Below, one piece after another: positions 25,112 to 39,500 of a stretch of 64,000 nt of DNA (the first letter of the stretch is position 1; every line of letters starts with the position of its first letter). Location of the stretch: NCBI GenBank assembly GCA_044892505.1, contig CM097882.1, forward strand, positions 394,568,001-394,632,000, given 5' to 3'. The notes beneath the pieces are model-generated. The model ran no database searches. It had not been told where the DNA came from and saw only the letters and a program-made list of their open reading frames with translations. The position numbers were made by a program, and so were the translations under genes. This DNA comes from Schmidtea nova. Its lineage: Eukaryota.

Positions 25112-25411
25112 TCTACATTTGTACATATGATTTACCCCAGACAATCCCAATACTTTTTACAAGTGACTCACCAGGGCTCTACAGAAGTTCTTTAAACTTG
25201 CTAAATGTGTGTCATTAATTTTTTATTTTCCCAATATTTGGAAATTATCTGACCTTTAAAAATTTGTAAAGTGGGACACAACCTCTACAACTTCTTACCT
25301 GTGTCACTATTGTTTAACCAATTTCAATAAGAATGTCAATAAAACTAAAAAATATATGATATTATGTATTTATTAACATAGGAATCTGTTATTCTTAAAT
25401 GAAAAAAAAAA

Positions 25412-27554
25412 TTATTTGTGTACATCGGTTTCTGAAAGATTGCTCACAGTGAATCCGTTCATTGGAGATCCCAAAGGAAGTGCAAATCGTGGCACATTGG
25501 AATGGTTGGATGAAACGGTTGCCAAATGATTGGCCAAAGCAAGACTTGGAAACGGTAGCATTGGTCTGTGCATTAATTGTGGATTGTTCATCAGTGAAAA
25601 CATGTTGACTGCCGCAGGATTTGGTAAACCTATCAGATTTGGAAGTGAAAACCTTTCCGGTGGATTCATTAAATCTTGGTGCTTTTTGGTTGAGGTATTG
25701 TGATTGACATCAACTTCTTCATTTTCGATTTTTGATTCATTAATATTTTCCACTTCCTGTTTCATGGGAGTATTAGTTTGGAATCGTTCTCGCCAATTTA
25801 ATGTCGAATGGCGACCATGATTAAAACAGTTGAGAATTTCCTTTCCGCCGGTATGGACTCGAAAATGGATTTCCAAAGCAAATTTTGATTGGAAAGCCTG
25901 TCGACAAATTATGCAAATATTCGAGTCTTCCTGTTTGACAAAGCAGTTGGCATTTAAGTCTGTCAGCACATTTTTCTGAGTCGCTTTGAAAGCGTCCATC
26001 ATGGTTAGTTCGTGATTTGGGTTTAGCATATTGAATATAGTCTGGGGGTTGGCATGGAAACCAGGAAATGGTAAATTAAAATTTCCATGAGGCATCGATA
26101 TCCGAGAGTGATTGCTGCCAATTGTTGGTGATTGCAAAGTCGGCGGCATCATCATTGACCCTGGCTTGAATTGGTTTGGAACCAAAGAATTGTTGACACA
26201 AAATTGATCCGTTATGTCAGAATGTTGCTGAAAAATTTTAAAATGAAAAACAAATTTTAAATTATCCGGGACAAAGACTTACTCCTAAATGAGTTTTAAG
26301 GTTACCTTTGGTTGAAAACCTCTTTTCGCAGACCGTGCAAACGAATGGACGTTCTTCTAAATTCAAAATATTTTAAATAAAATATTTTTCAAAATAAAGA
26401 AAATTTACCCGTATGAACTCGGTAATGCATTGTGAGAGCACTTTTACAACTCAATGTCTTGTGACAGACTCCACAAACATTCGGTCCGAGTTCTTTATTG
26501 AATTTATCGGCAAGCTGCTTCCATTTGATATTTTGATTTGGGTCAACCCTCATGAACTGTTCTAAATGGTCATCTGTCGAACGGCGAGAGGGTAGATTAT
26601 TCATCATCGGTGTACTGGTTGTCATGGTAACGGGATGATTATTTTCAATTGAAAAATGATTAACTGAAGAATTCAATGAGACCAAAACGTTCTTCACGGG
26701 AGATAAAAGTTTTATTTGTTCGTTTGAACTCGATATTGACAAATCAATGGGATCAGAGTTGTTGTCTCGGTGCTGAGAGTTATCCAATCGATTTCGAAGA
26801 AAATCATCTTTTTAGTTTTAAAAAACGCCAATTAAAACAAAAAAAATAATTTTTCAAATAAAAAACAAAAAGAAAAAATCAATTGTTTGTTAATTTACGG
26901 GCTACTAAACAAGAAACGCAGTCCGGAATATGATTATGATGGATGGACATGTAAACGAGATATCTGATCAATTATCATAGATAATATGTCGGATACATAA
27001 ACATCTCATCGTATAATCTTATTATCAATATGCTAATTAGACATAACCGGCCCTCAAACTGCTTCGATCAGAAACCAAGCGTGTAATATTTCACCTTTAC
27101 AATAACTAAATTCCATAATTAGCTTACTTATTCTCGTTTGATTTATCGAAGATTTCTCATAAACACTAGACAATTCTATCCCAGAATCGAAAGTGGAAAC
27201 GTTATCCAAGCGTTCCAATTGCTCCTCTCCATCTAGATCGTCCTGGGTGACAACCAGTTCCGAGTTTTCACTGTCGACCACATCTATCGGCTCGTCGGTG
27301 GGATCTTGTCGAATGGATTTGTTCAGTTTGCAAATGATTTGCGCTGCTTGCCGGCGAATTTTGTCGATTTTCATTCTCATTATTCGGGCGTTTTTTTCCT
27401 TTTTTATCAAATTAATACTCTGTCTATGGAGACTGGCCATTGTGGATTGAATATGTCGACGGTGACGGACTAATTTTGAGTTCGAAGTCTCAGTTGAAAT
27501 TATTTTTAAGACATTTTCCAATTTCAAAAAATGTCTATTCATTGTTGGTAACAT
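25412..27554 (-). CDS. sall: Spalt/SALL-like C2H2 zinc-finger transcription factor; exons 27554-27095, 26807-26409, 26356-26283, 26227-25412 (582 aa, possibly incomplete)
   Basis: The spliced frame is continuous with GT-AG introns of 287, 52 and 55 bp. It has the double finger [52 protein letters not shown] with the SAL-box-like FSTKGNLK, and a further finger [25 protein letters not shown]. Confidence 0.85.
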
Positions 27555-30339
27555 GATCGAATGAGATTTATTCTACAACGACGAAAAAATAAATAAATAA
27601 ATGATTTATTAGAGTTTCGTTTAAAACAAAACTAGTCAATTGGGAATAGATTTGTCAGGTTTGTAAAAATAAAATTTCACAAGATGATTTATACATATTT
27701 ATATGACTTGTCATATAAATCAATATATAAATCACTGTTAATCCGTCTGTCTTAAAATTATTACGCATACATTAAATAAAACTATTTAAAAAATAAATCC
27801 CTTTTAATTAAAAAAAATAGTAAATTACCTCTAAAATTGTTTTCGCGATAATTTTGTTTCTCAGGAAATTCACAGGAAAAATATATTTCTAATAACCTAA
27901 TATTTTTTTCGAATATATTAATGTACAATAATTATAATCATAAATATAACAATAATAAAATTCCAACAGCCAATCAGATTTGTCGAATCTCGCACAACAT
28001 CATCAATAAAACTCTGATTGGTTGAGATATTTTGTCAATTAATTTTATTGCTTCGATTTTAAGTGGATGGAATTCATGTATTTATTTCTCAATGGAAACA
28101 ATAAAGATTTATTGATTTTTATTTTGTAATTGATAAACTATTTTAATTAATTCTGTAAAAAAATTTTATTGAATGTTCCCAATAAAATAATAATTGCGTA
28201 ATTTTACTCTCAATAAAACTTTATTTGATTGAGTAATTAGTTTTAAGAAAATTTATCATTAAAAAATAATAATTGACTAATGCACCACAGATCCAATATT
28301 GATTTATTAATATTATTGAAATAAGATTCCAATAACTATCGAATGGATGACATTGTGATACAATTGACTCGATCGAATGCGAATTTTACAATTGATTTGC
28401 ACAATTGATTTTCCGCCTGGTAACTAATTCAAATTGTGCTCCACAAAAAATGTGATTAAATTTCAATTTATTACACAGTGCGCATTTATTATTAGAAATC
28501 CCAGTTGTGAAATCAATTTGGTGTTAGTATCAATTTTATCATTTTTACTATTGACATTTTTTTATCACTCTGTCAAATATTCGTAACTGGCATCAAATGA
28601 TTTTCGTAGCTTTTATATTTATATTTTTTTCTTAATTTTTAGAATTTTTAGAAAAAAATTGATTTATAGAATTTTATTCATTAAGCATTATTTGGATTTT
28701 TTTTAGATTTTTTTAGAATTTAATTTTGTTTCTTACAAATGTTTTTTTTTCAATAAATAATCGTGAACGCTAAGAATAATCGGCATTTGGGGTTAGGCGA
28801 GCACCCAGATTTTTCGCTCGAGGAGCTTAAATAATAGAAATCAATAATAATAATAATAATAATATTTATATAAAATTTTTCTTTATGTTTTGCTAATTCA
28901 TTGAGTATGTCCTTTACATTGATCTCAACTTCTTTTCAGTCGTTCGACGTTTCTTTATGTCAACATTTCATTTTTTTTTGTAAATTTTTTTACGGTGTTC
29001 AAAATGTTTCCGAAATATTTTTCTGAATCAGCTCTTAATAAGTTTGATTCTTTAATAACTTGATAAAAAGCCGATAAAAGATCTGTATCATTTTTTTGAA
29101 AGATTTTGCATAGAAGAAGGATGTAAGAAAATAGTTTATCGGATAATTGTGCCGCTTATATTACACTGTCAACACCGCCGATATCGAATTGTATTATTTT
29201 GCCAACTTAATCTCGATTCATACACAACAGTGACGTGACCGGACAAAATAAAAAATATTCTCCAGATATTTGAAGGGTCTTCTTCACACCCATCCCTGGC
29301 GTGTCAGTGTGGTTCCGGTAGCGTGAAAGCAGTGCTGTAGCACTGGATTCATCACTTGCCAGTCACATTTTTAGTTAATAATTTAGATAATTTCACTCAT
29401 AAAAATTTAGTAAACATCGATTTTTTATGGGCTTGGAGAGGGCTCAAACCCATTAGCCCTCCCTCTTGGGTGCACGCCTGATTGGGGTGAATACGTAGAC
29501 ATACCTTTCCATGAAATATGAAACATAGACTTTATGTCAGGATTGACGATAAGGGTAGAGAGAATTTTATTTGCACAGCTCATGGCTTAGCAGAGTTGAT
29601 TGACCTCACCGGGTTGAACTACCTAGCGGATAACAATAATGTCAATTGTTGTTATCATTTTTTTAATAAAAAGGCAATAATTATAAAGTTTAGAGGTGTA
29701 TAAATTGTTTTTGTTACTTTTATTACTTTTTTGTGAGTTTATTCTAATAATTTATTATTCAAAAAGGATGTATCCACTTATTGTTGCAAGCAGCCCTGTA
29801 AACCCTCGGAACGTGCCTGTTTATTATAATCTCATTGAAGTCGATTCCAAAATTTAACTGATTAACCCTTCCGTTTTATGATGAATTTTTATTTGATTTC
29901 CTAGCAAAAGTAAAATAATAGTTATTTTCTTTCATCAGACAATCAAAGGAAGGGTTAAAGAAAACATTATTTTAAAAGCAAGAAACAGGATTAATTAGTG
30001 TGCAGTATACATTGTGCATTTATCTAAAATTAATTTTCAATTTCACAGGGAAACAGCATAACTCTAAAGAAGAAACATTTCGGAAAAAAATAAATAGTTT
30101 CTGATAATAAGTGGTAAAAGTCTACAAAGGTCAAACATGTACTGTGTCTGCGTGCCGTTGCGTACCTGTGATTTCAGGTGCCCAAAAAGCAAGATATCAA
30201 AATGCACTTTCTAATTTAGACATAAGCATCCGATAAATTAGAAAATTCAGTTTTACTAGAAAAAAAAATTAATTTAAAAGAATAAATTTTAAATTTAGTT
30301 TTAGTTTATTTTACAGATGTCGCAACCTTGATGGCATAC

Positions 30340-30767
30340 CAGTGGCGTCATTAGGGGTGCGGGGGTGCTTTTGATAAACTTAACATCTATGATTCTATTT
30401 CACTCCATGAAATTATTCTTACGCATTGTTTCAACCCAGCCGGCCCAGCCAGCCCAGCGCCCAGCAACAGAAATGTATTATATTATTGAAAAATAAAAAT
30501 ATCTGTGTCGATGCTTTTAAAAACTGTCAAAAACGTCCATTTTTGGACCGTCTATAAGCTACCCGGCACTCCCCGGCACTCCACTGCAACAGCTTTTTCG
30601 CACAGTTAGCTAGTTCATGTCTAACATAACCTACAATAGTGTTTGTTTTACCCACTTCATGTGCTTAAAAACGCTTTGTTTTGTCGTTGTTGGTTTTGAA
30701 GTTGCCGTTAGGGGGATGACACTATGAGTTACCGCACGGGGTGACACCAACCCTAGTGACGCCACTG
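30340..30767. mobile_element. hAT MITE
   Basis: TIRs CAGTGGCGTCATTAGGG and CCCTAGTGACGCCACTG. Flanks TGGCATAC and TGGCGTAA match 6/8. Confidence 0.85.
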
Positions 30768-31559
30768 TGGCGTAAAAGGAGCATTTTTTACATGCTTGTT
30801 TTTAATAAACAACAACTAAATACTCGGGAGGCTTGAATGAACACTTTAATTAAGTGATTAAGATTTTATTTATTAAGAAAAAAAATAATTTTTTTGAGAA
30901 AAATATATTCCTTGTTCATTCTAGTGCATCTAGTTCACAGTGCCAAGGTATACGATTTATTCTGCCCCCCCCCCATTTCTACGCCACCGTGTACGTGTTA
31001 CATTCGAACCCCTCGAAACGTCGTTGATTGATTCTGAGAAATTGAACAGTTAAGTGTGACAAATCAATTAGAATCACATATTGTGACTGAGATACATTAT
31101 ACAGTAGAGGACATATAACCTATCACCACTTGCGTTTTTAACACTTTTAGCAAATATGTCTAACCTACAGACATCTATTTATACTTGGAAGATGTAAATC
31201 TTTACATTTCAGTGAAAGAACAAACTGGAAACACAAAGCATGTAACAAATTAGCCAAAAAAGGTTATATAAGGTTGGATGCACAAAATTCGATAAGTTAA
31301 ATAATATACAGATAAGACTTACTTATCTCAGGAATAGCAAGAATATTCCATAGGAAAAGCTCAAAAGTCATTTCAACTTGCTTTATTTATTTTACATTTT
31401 CATATAAGACGTGTTCACTAAAAAGTTCTAAAAACTTCAAAACAGCACAACTTTTATATTTTATCACATAATTTGATGAGAATTGAGACAAAATAAAAAG
31501 CAGTAACTAATCTTTAAATTTCTGGTTAGATAATTGAGTTAAGTTCCTTTTCAGAGAAC

Positions 31560-31885
31560 TGAGTGATCTTTTGTTTGAAGTGAAGAAATAAATTATGAAA
31601 GTACGTGGATGGATGGAATTCTTTTGCATTTTATGGCTGTTCTAGCTGAGCTTCATTTTTGGTTGTTCACATATTCTCATACACCTTTGCTTTGAGATGA
31701 AGTGAAAAACGTTCAATGAGGCTGATCTGAGATGGACATGAAGGGTTCATGGCTTTTTGAACAAAAGGTATATTGTTTGTTCGAAGTCATTCCAAAGTGA
31801 CAGTAACATAATGACATTGAGCAAGATCTGGCCAGAAGTTGAAATTTTCCTTGGGGTAATGGTCACTGTAGTGCATCCGTCATAT
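31560..31885 (-). pseudogene. IS630/Tc1-like transposase C-terminal fragment
   Basis: Reads FWPDLAQCHY..TLE*L..NNIPFVQK.MNP..PSQI..IE.F..HLKAKVY. Confidence 0.75.
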
Positions 31886-31901
31886 ATATCTTTATATTGA
31901 C

Positions 31902-32273
31902 GGTTGCAAATCTACATCTGAATACATTTTCTTAAAGTGCTTTATTTTCTTCTATTTTGAAATGCTGCAAGTCCTTTTTTCTTTCTCTAATATAAATTCT
32001 GCTGGTTTTATTTGGTTATTTAAACTACTCTGGTTGTTTTTATATATAAGCATATTATTAATTTAATATATATGTATATATTTAATATATTAAATATATA
32101 CATATATATTAAATTAATAATATGCTTATATATAAAAACAACCATAGTTGTTTAAATAACCAAATAAAACCAGCAGAATTTAAATTAGAGAAAGAAAAAA
32201 GGACTTGCAGCATTTCAAAATAGAAGAAAATAAAGCACTTTAAGAAAATGTATTCAGATGTAGATTTGCAACC
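31902..32273. repeat. 372-bp spacerless palindrome (186-bp arms, 3 mismatches)
   Basis: Centred between 32087 and 32088. The arms were compared base by base. Confidence 0.95.
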
Positions 32274-34362
32274 TGTTACTATTGTAGCACTACAAAAACT
32301 CAGAAGTTCAATCATGGATATTAAAAAGAACACGCAATGTTACTTAAAAAATATTCTATTAGTGTTTATTTTGTATTTTATCTTTTATCCGATCAAGTCA
32401 AATACAGAACGGGGTACAGAAAGCCAGAGCCCCGCAATTGGCATCAGAAATGAAAACTACAATCCAATGTTTCAATCACATCAAAATTCTATGCCTCCTC
32501 AATCAACAATTAATCAGCAACCTGTCCACTTTGTAATCGTAGCTTCGCAATACCAATCATATTCTAAACAACATTTGCCCATTAATACTATCAGTAAGGG
32601 GCCTATACAACGAAAAGTTCAACAAATGAGTTATCAACATCGAGCAGCATCAAATGTTAATGCACAATTGCAAATCCAACAACAACATCAAGTATCTCAA
32701 CCGATTAGTCCTAGGAGTACGGATGCTTCTAATCACCAAAGTGACATATCAGGAATTAACTATATCACAGCAGCGTCAATTTCAAGCAACGAACCGAATG
32801 ATATTATGTTCTCCGATGCAAATAACATGGCAATAAGTATTATTTATTATATTTATATTGATAAAGTTTTATTTATATTTATCATAATTTTATATATATT
32901 ATTTAATAAATTTATTTATAAAATTACCCTTCCCGATTTTTCTATTCCGCCTTTCTTCCGCCTTTAACTCCAAAACACACTCATAATCCTAACCTAGATC
33001 CAACACACGATAACGATTCTTTCCTCAAAACCACACCGATACTACCAGCCTATATACTCACGCGTTTTAATAACAAAATACGGGAAATCGCCGTTACCTC
33101 CGATCTACACACCGACATTGCCACATCGCTTCGCATCGAAAGGACTTCATTCTACGTGTCGTGCAATAGTTCTTTAGTCTCCTCTTCTACCCAGCTGCAG
33201 TCTAATTCAATCTTGGACATCAACTGTCGCATCCTAGGAGGCAGTAGAATCACAACAAAGCCATCTTCCTCGTCCGGATTCCACTCCATTCTGTTTTTTC
33301 TGGGCCCGAATCGTACATCTTCTTCGTGGTTTCGGATCTTTGAAGCGCGTACGTCTTCCTCTCCAAACTCACGAGCAGATCACTTCCTCGACATTTTACC
33401 TGCTGAATTGATAGCCGAACTAGCTCCAAAATTCGCTGATGCTCTTGACGCAGGAAATCAATACGAAGCCTAAAAAATTTAATTACGACCAAATACACTT
33501 CTTCACAAGCCCAAGCTCTGAAAAAACTTTTGGCGCCACAGATTTACTCAGGCCAACAACCTAGTCTCTTTTAAAGAGAGATAGTTCGTTGAAACGATGC
33601 GTCAGTACCAGATCTTTCTAAAAATGCACCTCTATTGACCCACCAATTCCTTTCTGCACTGCCCTACTATCTACAAACTTTGCTGGCATTGGTTGACTCC
33701 GAAGATCCATATCACCTCGCGAAGATCGTTGACCGCATTCACGCATTGCGCAGATATTTACGCAACACCTCCACTACCCCCACCGTTAACGCAGCGCATA
33801 CACATCACCACCCTTTCCCTTGGACAGTTGAAAGATATCCCAACAACACTTCACCATCACATGATGCACAGAATCCCAATCACCCTACCAACAAAACGCA
33901 CACAAAACATGCAACCCAATAATAGCGTCACACTAATCTGCTTTTTCCACAGTAGATTAGACAACATGCACAGAAATGCTGCATCGGTTGAATGTCCGAA
34001 TTCCGTACACATCAGAATCCAATCATCCCAGTGTGTATTCACCATCACCTCTACAAGAACGAAGCCAGATCGTGCCTCGACGGATGCACCTGGCGCACAC
34101 GCGACGTCCACCCTTCAAAAAGCTAACCCAGTCATCGGACATTCCTGGACGCCCCGATAACTTACCACCAGTGAATCAAAATTTTCACAACAAACCACGT
34201 CCAACGCACATTCTATCATCTCCGCAAGCATACTAAAAAGAATACTAAAAAGAACAAGCAATGTTACTTAAAAATAAATATTCTATTAGTGTTTATTTTG
34301 TATTTTATTTTTTATCCGATTAAGTCAAATACAGAACAGAGTACAGAAAACCAGAGCCCCAC
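32274..34362 (+). mobile_element. Non-autonomous gypsy-type element: LTR pair and decayed gag only
   Basis: Direct repeats at ~32325-32436 and ~34248-34362, with PBS-like TGGCATCAG after the first. The gag reads WF..FEA..HFL.ILPAELI..YEA*K, FLSALP..LQTLLA..LAKIVDRI and CFFH.R. No pol is present. Confidence 0.75.
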
Positions 34363-35099
34363 AGTCACCAAGAATTGGTTGACTTTGGATATGCTAAAGT
34401 CGTGGGAGTTAAGTATATTTGGAAAAGGAATACAAAGAAGAAATACAAATACCGTTTATGCCAAATTCCAACGATTTGTTATCAAAGTGGTCCGCTCTCG
34501 ATTTTTAAAATCATTTTCAAATTTTAAAAGAGCCTGAACAATCACTAAAGTACTTGGTCTATCTCTTCAAGATTTTATAAATAAATGAAAGTTTATCAAG
34601 CATTTCTAATGTGACGGCATTTCACCTCATTTCTCATCAGCTTTATCTAATTGCCGACTCGGTCAGTAGCACCAAGATGTAGTTCAATTTCTTCTTCTAC
34701 CCTTGACGAACAAGAGCCGTTAACTGATCGTTTTCGTAAATGGATCTAATTTTGGCCCCAGAATTCTACCAAACCATTTCTGCCAGTTGATGAAATTGTT
34801 AATTAAATGGTCTGAAATACATGATGAACGCGTGTTCCATAAGTTCTTTCTCACTACAAAGGCATCCTCCTAAGGAAGGGAGAACTCACACCCATATAAA
34901 ACTTCCTGCATAAACGCCTGACCACTGACTGACTGAATCTGAGAATGTTATAAATCTTTGAAGAATACCGAACAGGATAAAAACTTTCACTGAGGACTGT
35001 GCAGAGTCACACTTCACTAAATTTAAATTATGCCTACCTCAAGCACATATAAAGATTTTTATAATCGCTTTATTTAACTTTAATATTTTTCTTCTTGTA

Positions 35100-35723
35100 T
35101 ATGATTTATTATCCTACCCATGATTATTATGTTCGAGTTTAAGTTTAATTCATTTTCCAAAAAAAGCTTTAGTAAAATCTAACCCAAAAGAATCATCAGC
35201 TAAGAGTCAGATGAAATTTTGTTTTATTATTTCGAAATTGCATGATACGTCAACAAACCAAATTGCTAAAGATACCTGTTCTGTCCCGAGAAATGCTTGA
35301 CGTAGCAATGAAGAACAGATGGAGACATATGCACCGACTGCCAAGAACAGGGGGTGCCAAAAAGAACAAGAAATATCCTTTTCTCCCAAAGAATAATTAT
35401 TTTGACGATGTTATTGACCAATTTGCATCAGTTAAAGCTAGAAGAATTAATGTGCTCTAGAAGTAGCCTAGCTACACAGTCACTCAATGCACGCATGTTT
35501 GTTTAATTTGACTTCGATTATACTTTTTCAATAATGGAAAATATCCACTATTATTAAGTTTCTAGCAATAGGCATTCGTTTCCAAGTGCTGTAAAAGAAA
35601 TTCATTTTAATTAAAAACTTTTATTCTAATAAAACTGAACTTTTTATTTTACCGGATGCTATTATAATGGAACGCATTTTTGATACCTTGTCCCTGGGTG
35701 CCGGAAATCATAGCTATATCATT
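35100..35723 (+). mobile_element. hAT 3'-end remnant
   Basis: Has the C-terminus FDDVIDQFASVKARRI and a terminus-like CCCTGGGTGCCGGAAATCATAGCTA. Confidence 0.55.
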
Positions 35724-36531
35724 GAGCAGTCAGCTTTAGAATGCATCATATATTGCTTTAGAGCAGGCTTGTCCGACCCGCAACACGCGTGCCGCATTTG
35801 ACCTAGAACTGCTGTAACTTTGGCCTAAAACACATTTGTAAACTTTATAAGTTTTTAAAATATTATTTCATATGCTACTTATTTTAAATCGACGAATTTT
35901 TCAATTAGTAACTTTCTTTGGCGATGATAGATTCATAAAATCGTTTTAAAATAATTGTGTTTATTCAAACTTATAAAATTTATAATCAAATAAAAATGCA
36001 AATAGAAATTTATAATATAAATTATTGTATTTTAATTTAACATCTATTTTCTTTTTAATTTAAACCTAGGGTTCAAAATGTCTCAAGAGAAAACTAATGC
36101 AAAAAGAAGAAATATTAACAAAGATGGAAGATTATTCAATGAAAAGTGGACAGATGACTACTTTTTTGTCGAAGCAAATAATAGTGCCCTGTGCTTGATT
36201 TGTAGTAATATTGTGCCAGTTTTCAAAGACTACAATTTAAAAAGACATTATACGATAAAGCATACTACGAAATTTAGTGTGTATCGAGGAATATGTCATA
36301 AAGATAAGATCGTGGAATTGGAAAAAAAGTCTATTATCTGAACAAAAATATTTTAAAAGCGTAAAAACTCAAACCGATTTTTTGTAAACGCTAGCTATGT
36401 GATTGCGAACTTGATAGGCTAAAAGTCAAAACCATATGTCGACGGTGAGTTTATTAAGATTTGTATAGAGAAAGCGGCAGATATAATTTGTTCTGAAAAA
36501 AAAGGATTTTTCCAAAATCAGTTTATTGCAC

Positions 36532-39500
36532 CAGGCCCAGAACCCAGCCCGATGCAACTTTCTGTTAAGCGCTTTTTATAGGAAATTATGTCATAAAAAA
36601 ATTCAAATTTCACAGTAAAGTATTATAATTTTATTATTAAAAATATTTACTGAATAATTAAACATTAATTCATAAAAAAAATAAATAGAAATCTGATATA
36701 TATATATATATATATATAAATTAGAAAACCACAATGTTTCATTTAAAATTTTATTTTTCTTGCTTTTATGGAAGCAAATTCATCCAATACATCATTAATT
36801 TTGATTTTGTCACAGATATCGTTTTCAATAGCAATCAAAGACAGGTCAACTAGTCTTTCTTGAGAAATGGTTGATCGTAAATAATTCTTATTTAGTTTAA
36901 GTCTGGAAAATGATCTTTCGCCAGCTGCTACTGAGACTGTTAGTGTTAATAATATTCTCACAGATACAACTATATTTGGAAATATATCAAATAAATCATT
37001 TGAATAAATATACTGCAATATATCTAATGGATCAAAACTATTAAGTTGAGTTATGGTGTCTTTAAATATACACAGTTCGTTACATAATTCTGAAGAACTT
37101 ATATCTATATCTTCACCATCAGTTAACACATTATGTAAATCTGTACATTTATTTCTTAGTATCTCATTATCCAAATTATAAATTTCATTAAAATTTATGA
37201 AAAATTGAAACTTTTCGGCATGACTATTCATAAGTTCAAATCTTTCGACTATTGAGTTAATTGCACTGTCAACAATTTGAAGAAAAAATGAAATTTTATA
37301 GTTTTTTTCCGGGTCTGTCGGACTTTCATCTCGACATTCGTAGTTAAACATACGTTTTTTACGCCTACGTAATGGATTTTCTTTAAATTGAGGAGCTATG
37401 TCAATATCATGTGCCAAAATTGTAGCTTTTTTAAGTATATTATTAAAATTTTCATCTAAACGAAATTCTTTAAAATAAGTTACTAAATTATTTAAACTAT
37501 TTGTTGATTCATTTAGGTTGGTACTTGAAAATTGAAACATCTTGCTCACAACATTAATCTTGCTTAAAATGTCGTACCAAATTATCAGCGAACAAACAAA
37601 TTCGTAGTCAAGCTTCAATGCCAAAGATTTAGCTTCAGATTTTGTGTTGTTGTCATTTCTGTCATTATCATGGATGGCAAGTAAAGCGTCTAAATAATCA
37701 CCAATATTGTTTTTTAATGGGCTAACAGCATCAATTCTTGATTTCCATCATGTATCCAATAAAGGTTTAAGCGTTATTTTGCTATATTGTTTTAAAACAT
37801 CCCACCGTTTTGTGGAAGCACTAAAAAAATTATATACTTTTTGTATAATGCCAAAAAAAATTATAGTTTCTGTATTAACTTTAGCAGCATTACATACTAC
37901 TAGATTCAATGTGTGAGCTGCGCATGGTACACAAATTGCTCGAGGGTTCTTATCCAAAATGCGTTTTTGAACACTCTGTGTTTACCACGCATGTTAGAGC
38001 CATTATCATAGCCCTGTCCACGTAAGTTTTTTAAATTTATATTTAAATCTTCTAACTTAGCAACTATGCTTTTAAACAAACCTTCATCAGTAGAATCAGC
38101 TATTTCTACGAAACCCAAAAAATGTTCTTCTACAGTAATTTGATTGCTTTCGTTTTTATGGACAAATCTGATAATAATAGTCATTTGTTCAGTGTGACTG
38201 ATATCAGGAGTGCAATCTAATATTATTGAAAAATATTTGGCATTTGTCACCATCTGGACAATAGCGTCGACTATTTTCTTTGAAATTAAGGATATTATTT
38301 CGTTTTGAATATTTTTTCCTAAATAATGCACTGTGTCCTTTTGAGTATTCTGAATTTTTGCGAGATGGTTTTCCATAACCATATCAAATTTAGAGAATAG
38401 TTCAACTAATTTTAAGAAATTACCATTGTTATTTTGGAAAATAATATCTGACGAGCCTCGAAGAGCTAAATTTTGTTTAGCGAGATATTTTATTATTTCA
38501 ACAATTCGTTCTAACACACCGCGCCAATGTCGTTTTTATCTTTCACATACTTTTTCAAGTTCACTATCTATTGTGCTAAACTTTTCTAATCGTTTTTTTA
38601 CATCAACCCACTTTATAAATGATGTTAAATGGGATTTAGTTACTTCATGACTACTCAGAGTTTTTGATAAATTTTGCCAATTTGAGTAACCATCTGTGGT
38701 CAAAGAACTTGTTCCACCTGCAAATAATTTGCAACATGAACAAAAAACACAATTTATAGAACATGAATATATAAGCTATGTTCGCGAAACAGTATCTTTA
38801 TTTGCTATCTTACGATAGTAATAGTTATTACTAAAACTACGACCACAATCGTCTCGAGGATATAATTTTTGTTCTATCGGTATCATCGAACCTTGCTCAA
38901 TAATAATTTCCCGAAGTTTGTCATTTATAACTTTGGGCCAAGTAGCTGGATCATTTGATTTAAATGAAATCAATACTTCATTTTCCCTCACTGTTTCACT
39001 TACTGTTCCTGAAGTTTTTTGGGGTGATAAATGTAAATTAGTTTCACATTCTGTGGTCAACGTGATAGCGATATTGTTATATCCTTCGTGTTGATGTGGT
39101 AAAGTTAAGGAAGGTGAATCAATAACTTTTTGGACTGTAAATGAATGTAATTTTTTCGGTCCATTACTGTTTGCAGAAATTTCATCCGTTTTTTTAAAGA
39201 ATTTGTTTATTTGACCTGTTAACTTCTTTTGTTCCGTATCCCTTATCGCTTTTCTTTTGCGGTACTCTGCTCCAGATAATTTTTTTCTCCATTTTTTAGT
39301 TATACTGAAAAGAATTTAAAATTAAATATAAAAATGGTGGTGAGCGTCACCTCAATTAATATTTAGGATTCTTTATTGAAAAAATAATAAACTCTAAGTA
39401 AAAATAAAAAAATCACTATAATATACTTACATTCACAAAAATTTTGTTATTCAAGAAATTACACTTTTTAAACTTTTTTATTAAATATTTCACACAACAA

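Noticed and set aside
25090-25320. Strong donor-like sites (CTG|GTGAGT, CAG|GTAAGA) downstream of sall as extra coding exons
   Set aside because: No zinc-finger or other recognisable coding frame; cDNA is needed.
32248-32445. Start of the 239-aa ORF as a host gene
   Set aside because: It runs through the palindrome arm and the LTR, so it is a composite frame.
34400-35000. Possible LINE reverse-transcriptase fragment on the minus strand
   Set aside because: Only a vague resemblance, with no diagnostic motif.
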